Below are positions 55,948 to 64,000 of a stretch of 64,000 nt of DNA, one piece after another. Each line of letters starts with the position of its first letter. Position 1 is the stretch's first letter. Both the position numbers and the translations under genes were made by a program. Under the pieces are notes generated by a model. The model did not search any database. It was not told the DNA's origin and saw only the letters and a list, made by a program, of their open reading frames with translations. The DNA is from an uncultured Acidobacteriota bacterium (lineage in GTDB: Bacteria > Acidobacteriota > Thermoanaerobaculia > UBA5066): positions 134,751 through 198,750 of the forward strand of contig CAWCSP010000004.1 of the NCBI GenBank assembly GCA_963798215.1, in the 5' to 3' direction.

Positions 55948-57018
55948 TCAGGGAGCGGCGCGGTCCTCGCGTGCGGCCCGCTTCGCCTCGTGGTACCGGG
56001 CCGCGTTGCGCTGCTGGTCCTCGTAGTCCCGCGAAAAGAGGTGCGATCCGTCGCCCGCGGCGACGAAGTAGCGGTAGTCGACGTCGGCGGGCGAGACGGC
56101 CGCGCGCAGGGACGCGAGCCCGGGGCTGCAGATGGGCCCGGGCGGCAGGCCGGCACGCACGTAGGTGTTGTACGGCTCGTCCAGCGTGAGGTCCGACCGG
56201 GCGAGCGTGCCCCGCCAGAGCCCGAGACGCTTCAGCGCGTAGATCGTCGTCGGGTCGCACTGCAGAAGCATCCCGGCCTTGAGCCGGTTGCAATAGACGC
56301 CCGCGACGATCGGTCGCTCGGCGGGGAGGGCGGTTTCCTTCTCGACGAGGGAGGCGAGCGTCGTCGCCTCGAGGACGCCGAGGTTCATCGCCTTCGCCTT
56401 CTCCGCGAAGTCGGGCGGGGCGCGGCGCGCGAACTGGCGCGTCATCGCGGAGAGGATCTCGCGCGCCGTCATCGAACGCGTGACCGTGTACGTGTCGGGG
56501 AAGAGAAAACCCTCGAGCGTCGGGGCGCCCGCAGGGACGCCCTCGAATTCCGCCGGGCGCGTGAAGAGGAAGTCGTAGTCCTTCTGCGCCGCGAAGCCCT
56601 GGGACGAAAAGAGCGAGAAGATCTCTTCGGCCGTGAAGCCCTCGGGCACCGTGATTCGATACGTCACGACGTCGCCCGCGACGAGCGAGAGCACGATCTG
56701 GTCGGGGGCGCGAGGCCCCGCGAAGCGGTACTCGCCGGCCTTGAGCGTCTTGCCGCGATGCAGCACCTTGAGCGCGACCATGCCGAGCCGCCAGTCCCTG
56801 AGGACTCCGAGGCCCTCGAGGCGAGTGAACACGGCGGCCGAGGGCGTCCGCGGCGCGATCGAGACGATGACCTCGTCGCCTTCGTAGCCCTTGTACGGGG
56901 CGCGGATGCCATAGAGGATCAGGCAGAAGCCGACCGCTCCGGCGAGCAGGACGAAGAGCGCGACCCACACGAGGAGCGGGAAGAGGTGGCGCTCGTGGAT
57001 CGCGGAGCGGCGGGTCAC
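55948..57018 (-). CDS. mltG: Endolytic murein transglycosylase MltG (YceG family)
   Basis: N-terminal TM helix, then YceG-like domain motifs (LQCDPTTIYAL, EPYNTYVRAGLPPGPICSPG). Confidence 0.85.
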   Translation of the reverse strand: MTRRSAIHERHLFPLLVWVALFVLLAGAVGFCLILYGIRAPYKGYEGDEVIVSIAPRTPSAAVFTRLEGLGVLRDWRLGMVALKVLHRGKTLKAGEYRFAGPRAPDQIVLSLVAGDVVTYRITVPEGFTAEEIFSLFSSQGFAAQKDYDFLFTRPAEFEGVPAGAPTLEGFLFPDTYTVTRSMTAREILSAMTRQFARRAPPDFAEKAKAMNLGVLEATTLASLVEKETALPAERPIVAGVYCNRLKAGMLLQCDPTTIYALKRLGLWRGTLARSDLTLDEPYNTYVRAGLPPGPICSPGLASLRAAVSPADVDYRYFVAAGDGSHLFSRDYEDQQRNAARYHEAKRAAREDRAAP

Positions 57019-57028
57019 CGCCGCCTCT

Positions 57029-57460
57029 TCACGCGACGTCTCCCGCGTGCGCGGAGAGCCAGTCGCGGAGAAGGACCGCCGCGGCCTCGGCGTCGCGCGC
57101 GGCGTCCCGGCGGCCCCGCGGGAGCCCGGCGGCGCGAAGGTCCCGCTCGGCGTCCGCCGAGGTCAGACCCTCGCCGTGGAGGTCGACCGGGAGCCCGGAC
57201 GCGGCCTCGAGCCGGCGCGCGAAGTTCCGCGCGCGCCGAGCAAGGAGGCCCTCCCGGCCGTCGAGGTGGCGTGGAAGCCCGACGACGATGCGGGTCGCAT
57301 CGCGTTCCTTCGCGGAGGTGGCGACCTCCGCGGCCGCCTGCGCGTCGCTCGCGCGGGCGACGGCGCCCACCGGCACGACGACGCGACCGGTCTCGTCCGA
57401 CACCGCGAGGCCGATGCGCTTTTCGCCGAAGTCGACCGCGAGGACGCGCACGAGTCTCAT
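57029..57460 (-). CDS. ruvX: Holliday-junction resolvase-like RNase RuvX (YqgF)
   Basis: MRLVRVLAVDFGEKRIGLAVSD is the canonical YqgF N-terminus with the catalytic Asp. The ruvX-mltG arrangement is a conserved gene pair. Confidence 0.85.
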   Translation of the reverse strand: MRLVRVLAVDFGEKRIGLAVSDETGRVVVPVGAVARASDAQAAAEVATSAKERDATRIVVGLPRHLDGREGLLARRARNFARRLEAASGLPVDLHGEGLTSADAERDLRAAGLPRGRRDAARDAEAAAVLLRDWLSAHAGDVA

Positions 57461-57543
57461 CGTAGGAGGGCGCCTCGGTGAAGTCCACTCCGGATACAAT
57501 TGCAGACCTTCGGCGGCTCCCGCCGCCCCGGAGCTTCATCACG

Positions 57544-58725
57544 ATGAGCCAAGACGTCTTCATCCTCGCCGCCGCCCGCACGCCGATCGGGTCCTTCCTC
57601 GGCTCGCTCTCCACGCTCTCCGCGCACGCCCTGGGCGCCGTCGCGATCCGCACCGCCGTCGAGCGTTCCGAGGTCCCGGCCGCGCGCGTCGAACACGTCT
57701 GGATGGGCAACGTTCTCCTGGCCGGCCAGGGCCAGGCGCCCGCGCGCCAGGCCTCGCTCGCGGCAGGCCTTCCGAAGAGCACCGGCTGCATCACGCTCCA
57801 CAAGGTCTGCGGCTCGGGCATGCGCGCCGTCATGGACGCGGCGAATGCGCTGCGGACGGGCGAGTTCGAGGTGGCCGTCGCGGGCGGCATGGAGTCCATG
57901 TCGAACGCGCCGTACCTCCTGCCGAAGGGGCGTCTCGGCCTCCGGATGGGCCACGGCCAGCTCCTCGACTCGATGATCTCGGACGGCCTGTGGGACCCGT
58001 ACAAGAACATCCACATGGGCGTCTGCGCGGAGATGTGCGCCGAGAAGTACGCGTTCACGCGCGAGGCCCAGGACGCCTTCGCGCTCGAGAGCTACCAGCG
58101 CGCGCGCCGCGCGAACGAATCGGGCGACTTCAACGCCGAGTTCGCGGCCGTCACGGTCGAGGGCAAGAAGGGCCCGACCGTCGTGGACCGCGACGAGGAG
58201 CCGTTTGCGACGCCGCCCGAGAAGCTCGAGAAGATGGGGTCGCTGAAGCCGGCGTTCCAGAAGGAGGGCACGGTGACGGCGGCGAACGCCTCGAAGATCA
58301 ACGACGGGGCGTGCGCGCTCGTCCTCGCGGGCGACAAGGCCGCCGCGGGTGGCAAGCCCGTCGCACGTCTCGTGTCGCAGGCGTCCTTCGCGCAGGAGCC
58401 CGAGTGGTTCACGACGGCGCCGATCGCCGCCGCGAAGAAAGCCGCCGAACGCGCCGGCGTCCCGCTCTCGTCGATCGACCTCTTCGAGGTGAACGAGGCG
58501 TTCGCGGTCGTCGCGATGGCGTTCATCAAGGACCTCGACCTCGACCCGAACAAGGTGAACGTGAACGGCGGCGCGGTCGCGCTCGGCCATCCGATCGGGG
58601 CCTCCGGCGCCCGGATCATCACGACGCTCGTGCACTCCCTGAAGGCGCGGAAGAAGAAGTACGGGCTGGCGTCCATCTGCATCGGGGGCGGCGAAGCGAC
58701 CGCTGTGGTCGTCGAAGCCCTCTGA
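57544..58725 (+). CDS. Acetyl-CoA C-acetyltransferase (thiolase II)
   Basis: 393 aa. Thiolase motifs: active-site Cys in VCGSGMRAV, NVNGGAVALGHPIGASGARI, ICIGGGEATAVVVE. Confidence 0.9.
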   Translation: MSQDVFILAAARTPIGSFLGSLSTLSAHALGAVAIRTAVERSEVPAARVEHVWMGNVLLAGQGQAPARQASLAAGLPKSTGCITLHKVCGSGMRAVMDAANALRTGEFEVAVAGGMESMSNAPYLLPKGRLGLRMGHGQLLDSMISDGLWDPYKNIHMGVCAEMCAEKYAFTREAQDAFALESYQRARRANESGDFNAEFAAVTVEGKKGPTVVDRDEEPFATPPEKLEKMGSLKPAFQKEGTVTAANASKINDGACALVLAGDKAAAGGKPVARLVSQASFAQEPEWFTTAPIAAAKKAAERAGVPLSSIDLFEVNEAFAVVAMAFIKDLDLDPNKVNVNGGAVALGHPIGASGARIITTLVHSLKARKKKYGLASICIGGGEATAVVVEAL

Positions 58726-58740
58726 CGCCATAATCGGGCC

Positions 58741-59453
58741 GTGATCGACAAGGTCGTGCGTGCGGGGAGCCCGGCGGAAGCGGCGGCGAAGGCCGTCGCC
58801 GACGTGCCGTCGGGCGCGACTCTCGTCGTCGGCGGCTTCGGCCTCTGCGGCATCCCCGAGAACCTCATCCTCGCGCTCGCGTCCTCGGGCGTGAAGGACC
58901 TCACCTGCGTCTCGAACAACTGCGGCGTCGACGACTGGGGCCTGGGGCTCCTCCTCGGGAAAAAGATGATCCGGAAGATGCTCTCGTCCTACGTCGGCGA
59001 GAACGCGGAGTTCGAGCGCCAGTACCTCTCGGGCGAGCTCGAGCTCGAGTTCTGCCCCCAGGGCACGCTCGCCGAGCGGATGCGCGCCGGCGGGGCCGGG
59101 ATCCCGGGCTTCTACACGCCGACCGGCGTGGGGACGATCGTCGCCGAGGGCAAGGAGACGAAAGTCTTCGACGGGAAGGAATATCTCCTGGAGCGGGGCA
59201 TCGTGGGGGACTTCGCCCTCGTCGCCGCGTGGAAGGGCGACCGGCTCGGCAACCTCGTCTACCGCAAGACCGCGCGCAACTTCAATCCGATGGCGGCGAC
59301 GGCGGGGAAGATCACGATCGCCGAGATCGAGCACCTCGTCGAGCCGGGGGAGCTCGACCCCGACGCGATCGACACGCCGGGCGTGTTCGTGCAGCGGGTC
59401 GTCGTGGCGCCGCGCGTCAAGCGCGTCGAGCGGCGCACCGTGAGGAAGGGCTG

Positions 59454-59454
<1 letters not shown>
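58741..59454 (+). CDS. scoA: 3-oxoacid CoA-transferase subunit A
   Basis: GTG start. CoA-transferase family I alpha motifs ([25 protein letters not shown]). Confidence 0.85.
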
Positions 59455-60116
<662 letters not shown>

Positions 60117-60167
60117 GGGGCGCGCCGATTGCTCTTGCGCGACACGTGCGACGTTTCGGCACGGGCG

Positions 60168-60280
60168 ACGGTCTGCAAATTTCTTCGAAGGTGAATGGGG
60201 CCCGGGGCGCGCCGGTGCGCCGCATCCGCGCCGGGGCGGCGCACCACGCCGAGACGCTCCTTCACCCTTCTAAGAAAATC
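60168..60280. repeat. Palindromic element copy F (113 bp) in the 5' region of lptD
   Basis: Left arm AATTTCTTCGAAGGTGAATGGGGCCCGGGG and right arm CTCCTTCACCCTTCTAAGAAAATC. The interior is related to copy B. Confidence 0.65.
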
Positions 60281-60295
60281 CACCGTTCCCGCCTG

Positions 60296-62530
60296 TTGCG
60301 CGTGTTGCTCGTGTGGATCGCCGTCGCGGCCTGCACGGGAGCAAAACTCTCCCTCTCCCAGTCCTCGTTCGACACCGACCCCTTCGCCGCGCGGTTCAAG
60401 GAGAAGGGCGGATTCGAGCCGAAGTTCAAGGTTCCGGAGAAGGGAGGGACGATCACGATCCGGATCGACGCGGGCGACGAGGGCGGCGCGCAGGGCAAGC
60501 AGACGATCGTCGACGAGGACCTCTTCACCGCCGAGGCGCCGCCCGGTAAGTTCGTGCGGGTCGAGTACCAGGACATCCGGCTCACCGCGCGGCGCGTCAC
60601 CGGGAGCTACAAGCGTCACACGGTCGTTGCGGAAGGCGACGTCCTCCTCGTACAGGGGGCCTCGCAGATGTCGGGCGCGCGGCTGGACCTCGACCTGAAC
60701 GACAAGGTCGGCGTCCTCCTCGACGGCAGGGTCGACCTCGAGGGCGGCCTGCACCTCACGGGCGCCCTGCTCGCGAAGGTCGGGCCGAAGAGCTTCACGA
60801 TCACGGAAGGCACCGTGACCGCGTGCGAGGGCGACGACCCCGCGTGGAAGTTCGTCGTGAAGAGCGGCCGCGTGACGCTCGAGGACTACGCGCGGCTGAA
60901 GAACGCGACGTTCAAGATCGGCGGCATCCCGCTCCTCTGGACGCCGTACATCCTCTGGCCCGCGCTGCGCGACCGCGCGTCGGGGTTCCTCGTCCCCGGA
61001 CTCGGTTACAACTCCACGCGCGGCGGCTACTTCGGCATGTCGTACTACTGGGCGATCGACCGCTCGTGGGACGCGACGTTCTCGGGCGACTTCTACACGG
61101 AGAAGTACTACGGCCTCGGCGCGGAGGTGCGCGGGCAGCCGTCGCTCGGCACGAAGTTCGAGGGGACGTACTACACGATCTGGGACCCGACGGTCGATCA
61201 GTGGCGCTGGCAGACGGTGGGCCGGCTCGTCGCGGACGACATCGCCCCGCAGGTCCGCGGCGTCGTGACGTGGCTGGACTTCTCGGACCCCACGTTCTTC
61301 CAGGAGTTCAACCGCAACTTCGCGCTCGGGTCGACGCAGTCGATCAAGAGCGAGGGGTTCCTGACCTGGGGCCCGGACCCGTGGGCCCTCAACCTGCGTC
61401 TATCGCGCGAGCAGGCGATCGGGTTCGCCGACGGCAGCTCGGTCGTGAGCGAGCGCCTGCCCGCCCTCGAGGTGCGGCTGCGGCCGACGCCGGTCCTCGG
61501 CCAGAACGTCTTCGTCGAGTTCACCGGGCAGGGGGGGATGCTCCACGTCGACCGCGGAGAGGGCCAGCCGTCGGGCACGTACGACCGCTTCGACCTCTTC
61601 CCGCAGATCAGCGCGCCGCTCTCGATCGCGCCGTGGCTCTCGCTCAACGCCTCCGTCGGCGGGCGCGTCACGACGTACGGCATGTCCCTGTCCCCGGACG
61701 GCACGACGCTCCTGCCCGAGCGGTACACGCGCGAGGCGCTCGTGACGGATCTTCAGGTCACGGGGCCGTCCTTCTCCCGCCTTTTCGACTGGTCGATCGG
61801 CCCGTTCCGGAAGTGGAAGCACGTCATCGAGCCGCGCGCCGAGTGGAGCTATCTCGCGGGCCGGGACGACTTCGCCTCGACGCCGCTCTTCGACGAGATC
61901 GACTCGCTGATCCCGACGAACTCGCTCCGCTACTCGCTTCTCCAGCACCTTCTCGCCAAGGGAGAGACGGGCGGCTCCCGCGAGATCGCGTCGTTCGAGA
62001 TCGCGCGCTACTACTACTTCCGCCTTCCGGGCGAGGGCACGGCCTACGGCCCGACCCCCGGCGTCCAGCGCACCTCGCCGACGGACTTCATCCTCCGGGT
62101 GAACGCGGCGCAGGGGCTCAACTTCGACAGCCGGGTCACGCTGGACTCGCACTTCTCCCAGGTGACCGCCGCGAGCGTGACGGCGATCCTCACGGGCGGC
62201 GAGCGCTCGCTCGCGCTCTCGCTCTTCGACAGCCATCCGGTCGTGCTCCCTCCCGCGGTCGACCCGGGCGCGTCCGCGCAGCTCCGGATCTCGGGCGGGG
62301 TGCCGATCCTCCCGAAGCGCCTCCGGTTCGACGTCGAGGCGAACTACGACCTCACGCTGGGCAAGATGCTCGAATCCCGCTCGCTGTTGACCCTTCAGGC
62401 ATCGTGTTTCAAGATCCTCGTCGAATACCGCGATCTGCGCACCGGAACGGCGCCCTCGCGGGATTACCGGATCGCCCTGACTCTCAGGAACGTCGGGAGC
62501 TTCCTGGATTTCACCGGCAGCCTGCCCTGA
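60296..62530 (+). CDS. lptD: LPS-assembly outer-membrane protein LptD (OstA N-terminal domain and beta-barrel)
   Basis: Start uncertain; TTG/GTG candidates at 60296-60311 just after repeat F, before a signal-peptide-like LRVLLVWIAVAACTGA. The OstA-like N-domain contains ...GDVLLVQGASQMSGARLDLDLND.... The large C-terminal barrel has the characteristic aromatic-rich strands. Confidence 0.7.
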   Translation: MRVLLVWIAVAACTGAKLSLSQSSFDTDPFAARFKEKGGFEPKFKVPEKGGTITIRIDAGDEGGAQGKQTIVDEDLFTAEAPPGKFVRVEYQDIRLTARRVTGSYKRHTVVAEGDVLLVQGASQMSGARLDLDLNDKVGVLLDGRVDLEGGLHLTGALLAKVGPKSFTITEGTVTACEGDDPAWKFVVKSGRVTLEDYARLKNATFKIGGIPLLWTPYILWPALRDRASGFLVPGLGYNSTRGGYFGMSYYWAIDRSWDATFSGDFYTEKYYGLGAEVRGQPSLGTKFEGTYYTIWDPTVDQWRWQTVGRLVADDIAPQVRGVVTWLDFSDPTFFQEFNRNFALGSTQSIKSEGFLTWGPDPWALNLRLSREQAIGFADGSSVVSERLPALEVRLRPTPVLGQNVFVEFTGQGGMLHVDRGEGQPSGTYDRFDLFPQISAPLSIAPWLSLNASVGGRVTTYGMSLSPDGTTLLPERYTREALVTDLQVTGPSFSRLFDWSIGPFRKWKHVIEPRAEWSYLAGRDDFASTPLFDEIDSLIPTNSLRYSLLQHLLAKGETGGSREIASFEIARYYYFRLPGEGTAYGPTPGVQRTSPTDFILRVNAAQGLNFDSRVTLDSHFSQVTAASVTAILTGGERSLALSLFDSHPVVLPPAVDPGASAQLRISGGVPILPKRLRFDVEANYDLTLGKMLESRSLLTLQASCFKILVEYRDLRTGTAPSRDYRIALTLRNVGSFLDFTGSLP

Positions 62531-62735
62531 CGAGAGATCGGCGACTCCGGGGACACTTCCCGACAGAGCGCCTCTCCCGGCGTCCAAAAAACCGTACAGG
62601 AGACTCGCCATCCACCGCTTCCGGATTTCCCTGGCCCTCGCGGGCGTCGTCACGGCCGCCCTGGGAGCCCTTCCCCTGGCTGGCCAGACATCCAGCCCGG
62701 TTTCCTCCGTTCCGGCCTCCTGCTCGGCGCCCGTC

Positions 62736-63929
62736 GTGATCGACCCGTCCTCCCTCCCGTACGCCTCGCCCGGGATCGACACGCGCTCGATGACGTACGA
62801 CGCCCAGGTCCCGGCTTTCCCGTGCGACGGGAAGCTCGTGCTCCCGACCGGCGGCCAGGTGCGGCCGTCGAAGATCGTCTGGTTCTCGTTCACGCCCGCG
62901 GCGTCCGACACCTACCGGATCGACACCCTCGGATCGACGCCCGCGGACTACGACACCATCCTCGGCGTCTACACCGGCGGCTGCGGGTCGCTCGCTCCCG
63001 TGTCCGGCGTCTGCGGAAAGAGCGGATTCAACCCGGACGACGTGCCCGGCTCCCTCCAGTCGTCGGTGAGGCTCAACCTCGAGGCCGGGACGACGTACAC
63101 GATCGCGGTCGGTTCGATCGGCAGCGTCAACTCCTACACCGGCCTGGTGGACGCCCCGGCTGGCGGCATCCTCAAGCTCGACGTCGCCCGCGTCGCTGCG
63201 TCCTACCCGTATACGTACGTCGTGCCGTCGGTCGTCCACTCGGGCGGCGCCACGAGCGACATCTTCGTCACGAACCTCGAGAACTCGGACGCGCAGTTCG
63301 TCGCGCAGTATCTCTCCCACGGAAGCGACGGCGACCAGACGATGCCGTCCCGGCAGGTGCAGCCGCCAGCGCAGATCGTCCCGGCGGGCGGGACGCGCCT
63401 GTACACGGACGTCGTCGGGCTCCTCGGATTCGCCGACGACTGGGGGGCGCTCCTGCTGCAGTCGACCCGCCGGCTCGCCCCGGGCGGCCGCACTTGGGCG
63501 CCGGCCGCGGGAGGCGGCACGGTCGGCCCGTACACGGCCGCCGTCGAGGTCTCGCCCGGCCTCGCCTCGCCGGAAGCGCTCGCGACGGGGGAGACGGGCC
63601 GGTTCACCGGAGTCCGCGAGGACGCGGCGGCGCGGACGAACCTCGTCTTCGTGAATCTCTCGACCGTGCCCTGCGTCCTCAAGGCCGAGGTCCTCGACGC
63701 CGTGGGCGCCGTGCTCGGAGCGGCCAGGACGGTGTCGGTGCCGCCCTTCACGGCGATGCAGAAACAGGGCCTCAAGAACACGTTCGCGACCTCCGCGGAC
63801 GTCCGGGACGCGTCTGTCGCCGTCCAGAACGTGACGGCCGGCTGCTCGGTCGTCGGCGTCGCGTACGTCTTCGACGGGAACACGACGCCCGGGACGAACG
63901 ACTCCTACGCGGTCCCCCTCCGCAAGTAA
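62736..63929 (+). CDS. Secreted hypothetical protein (Gly/Thr/Ser-rich beta-type); true start probably upstream at ~62610-62631 with a non-canonical initiator
   Basis: Listed ORF starts at GTG 62736. The same frame is open upstream and encodes a signal-peptide-like IHRFRISLALAGVVTAALGALPLAGQTSS after an AGGAGA RBS at ~62597. No ATG/GTG/TTG is present there; only ATC/ATT/CTG. Confidence 0.45.
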   Translation: MIDPSSLPYASPGIDTRSMTYDAQVPAFPCDGKLVLPTGGQVRPSKIVWFSFTPAASDTYRIDTLGSTPADYDTILGVYTGGCGSLAPVSGVCGKSGFNPDDVPGSLQSSVRLNLEAGTTYTIAVGSIGSVNSYTGLVDAPAGGILKLDVARVAASYPYTYVVPSVVHSGGATSDIFVTNLENSDAQFVAQYLSHGSDGDQTMPSRQVQPPAQIVPAGGTRLYTDVVGLLGFADDWGALLLQSTRRLAPGGRTWAPAAGGGTVGPYTAAVEVSPGLASPEALATGETGRFTGVREDAAARTNLVFVNLSTVPCVLKAEVLDAVGAVLGAARTVSVPPFTAMQKQGLKNTFATSADVRDASVAVQNVTAGCSVVGVAYVFDGNTTPGTNDSYAVPLRK

Positions 63930-64000
63930 CGCCGCCCGGTTCGGCTCTTCCGGTACACTGCCTCCTTCGTGCAGACGGTGATCCTCGGAGCGGGCGGCAT

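Noticed and set aside
54046-57465. 1139-aa plus-strand ORF
   Set aside because: Antisense to the pseudokinase-TonB gene, mltG and ruvX. Extremely Arg/Gly/Asp-rich and motif-free. The minus-strand genes have clear family signatures.
60148-60168. GGCACG...CTGCAA resembling a sigma-54 promoter upstream of repeat F / lptD
   Set aside because: The GG-to-GC spacing is ~16 nt instead of the required 11, so it does not fit the -24/-12 geometry.

Overview
This is a 64 kb window of very high-GC (~70%+) bacterial chromosome from a diderm organism (LptD, TonB-type and type IV pilus genes are present). No rRNA, tRNA or CRISPR array was seen. Gene density is high and genes alternate between strands. Many of the long six-frame ORFs are out-of-frame or antisense artefacts of high GC (Arg/Ala/Gly-rich) and were discarded.

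Gene content, left to right:
- 1..8.7 kb: korB' (partial) and korA 2-oxoacid:ferredoxin oxidoreductase, a VIT-family transporter, an SDR oxidoreductase, an MFS transporter, a 7TMR-DISM/GGDEF diguanylate cyclase, two paralogous secreted proteins, and RluA.
- 8.7..20 kb: Lhr helicase, a Hanks-type Ser/Thr kinase, a GNAT acetyltransferase, glnK-amtB, malQ, and an ATP-grasp-like protein.
- 20..43 kb: a large type IV pilus locus (described below).
- 43..64 kb: selA, TPR and hypothetical proteins, pmbA-tldD, an acyl-CoA carboxylase set (carboxyltransferase, biotin carboxylase, BCCP), a DsbA-like protein, a pseudokinase-TonB fusion, mltG, ruvX, thiolase, scoA/scoB, lptD, and a secreted hypothetical protein.

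The pilus locus contains: two tandem PilA-like pilins with sigma-54-type promoters, a YfhO-like GT-C glycosyltransferase, PilD, a PilS-like histidine kinase, PilT, a HEAT-repeat-PilT fusion ATPase, minor pilins (FimT/PilV/PilW/PilX-like), PilY1 with a ~385-aa Thr-Pro repeat, another pilin-like gene, and a PilR-like sigma-54 regulator.

Most notable observations:
1. A previously unannotated family of six short palindromic intergenic repeats with terminal inverted repeats TTTCTTAGAAGGTGAAT / ATTCACCTTCTAAGAAA. Two copies sit in-frame inside the Lhr coding sequence, comparable to Rickettsia palindromic elements.
2. A PilT retraction-type ATPase fused to a ~470-aa N-terminal HEAT-repeat domain.
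3. A TonB-type protein carrying a ~380-aa cytoplasmic degenerate kinase (pseudokinase) domain.
4. Frameshifts confined to pilus surface and glycosylation genes (three in pilY1, one in the yfhO-like gene).
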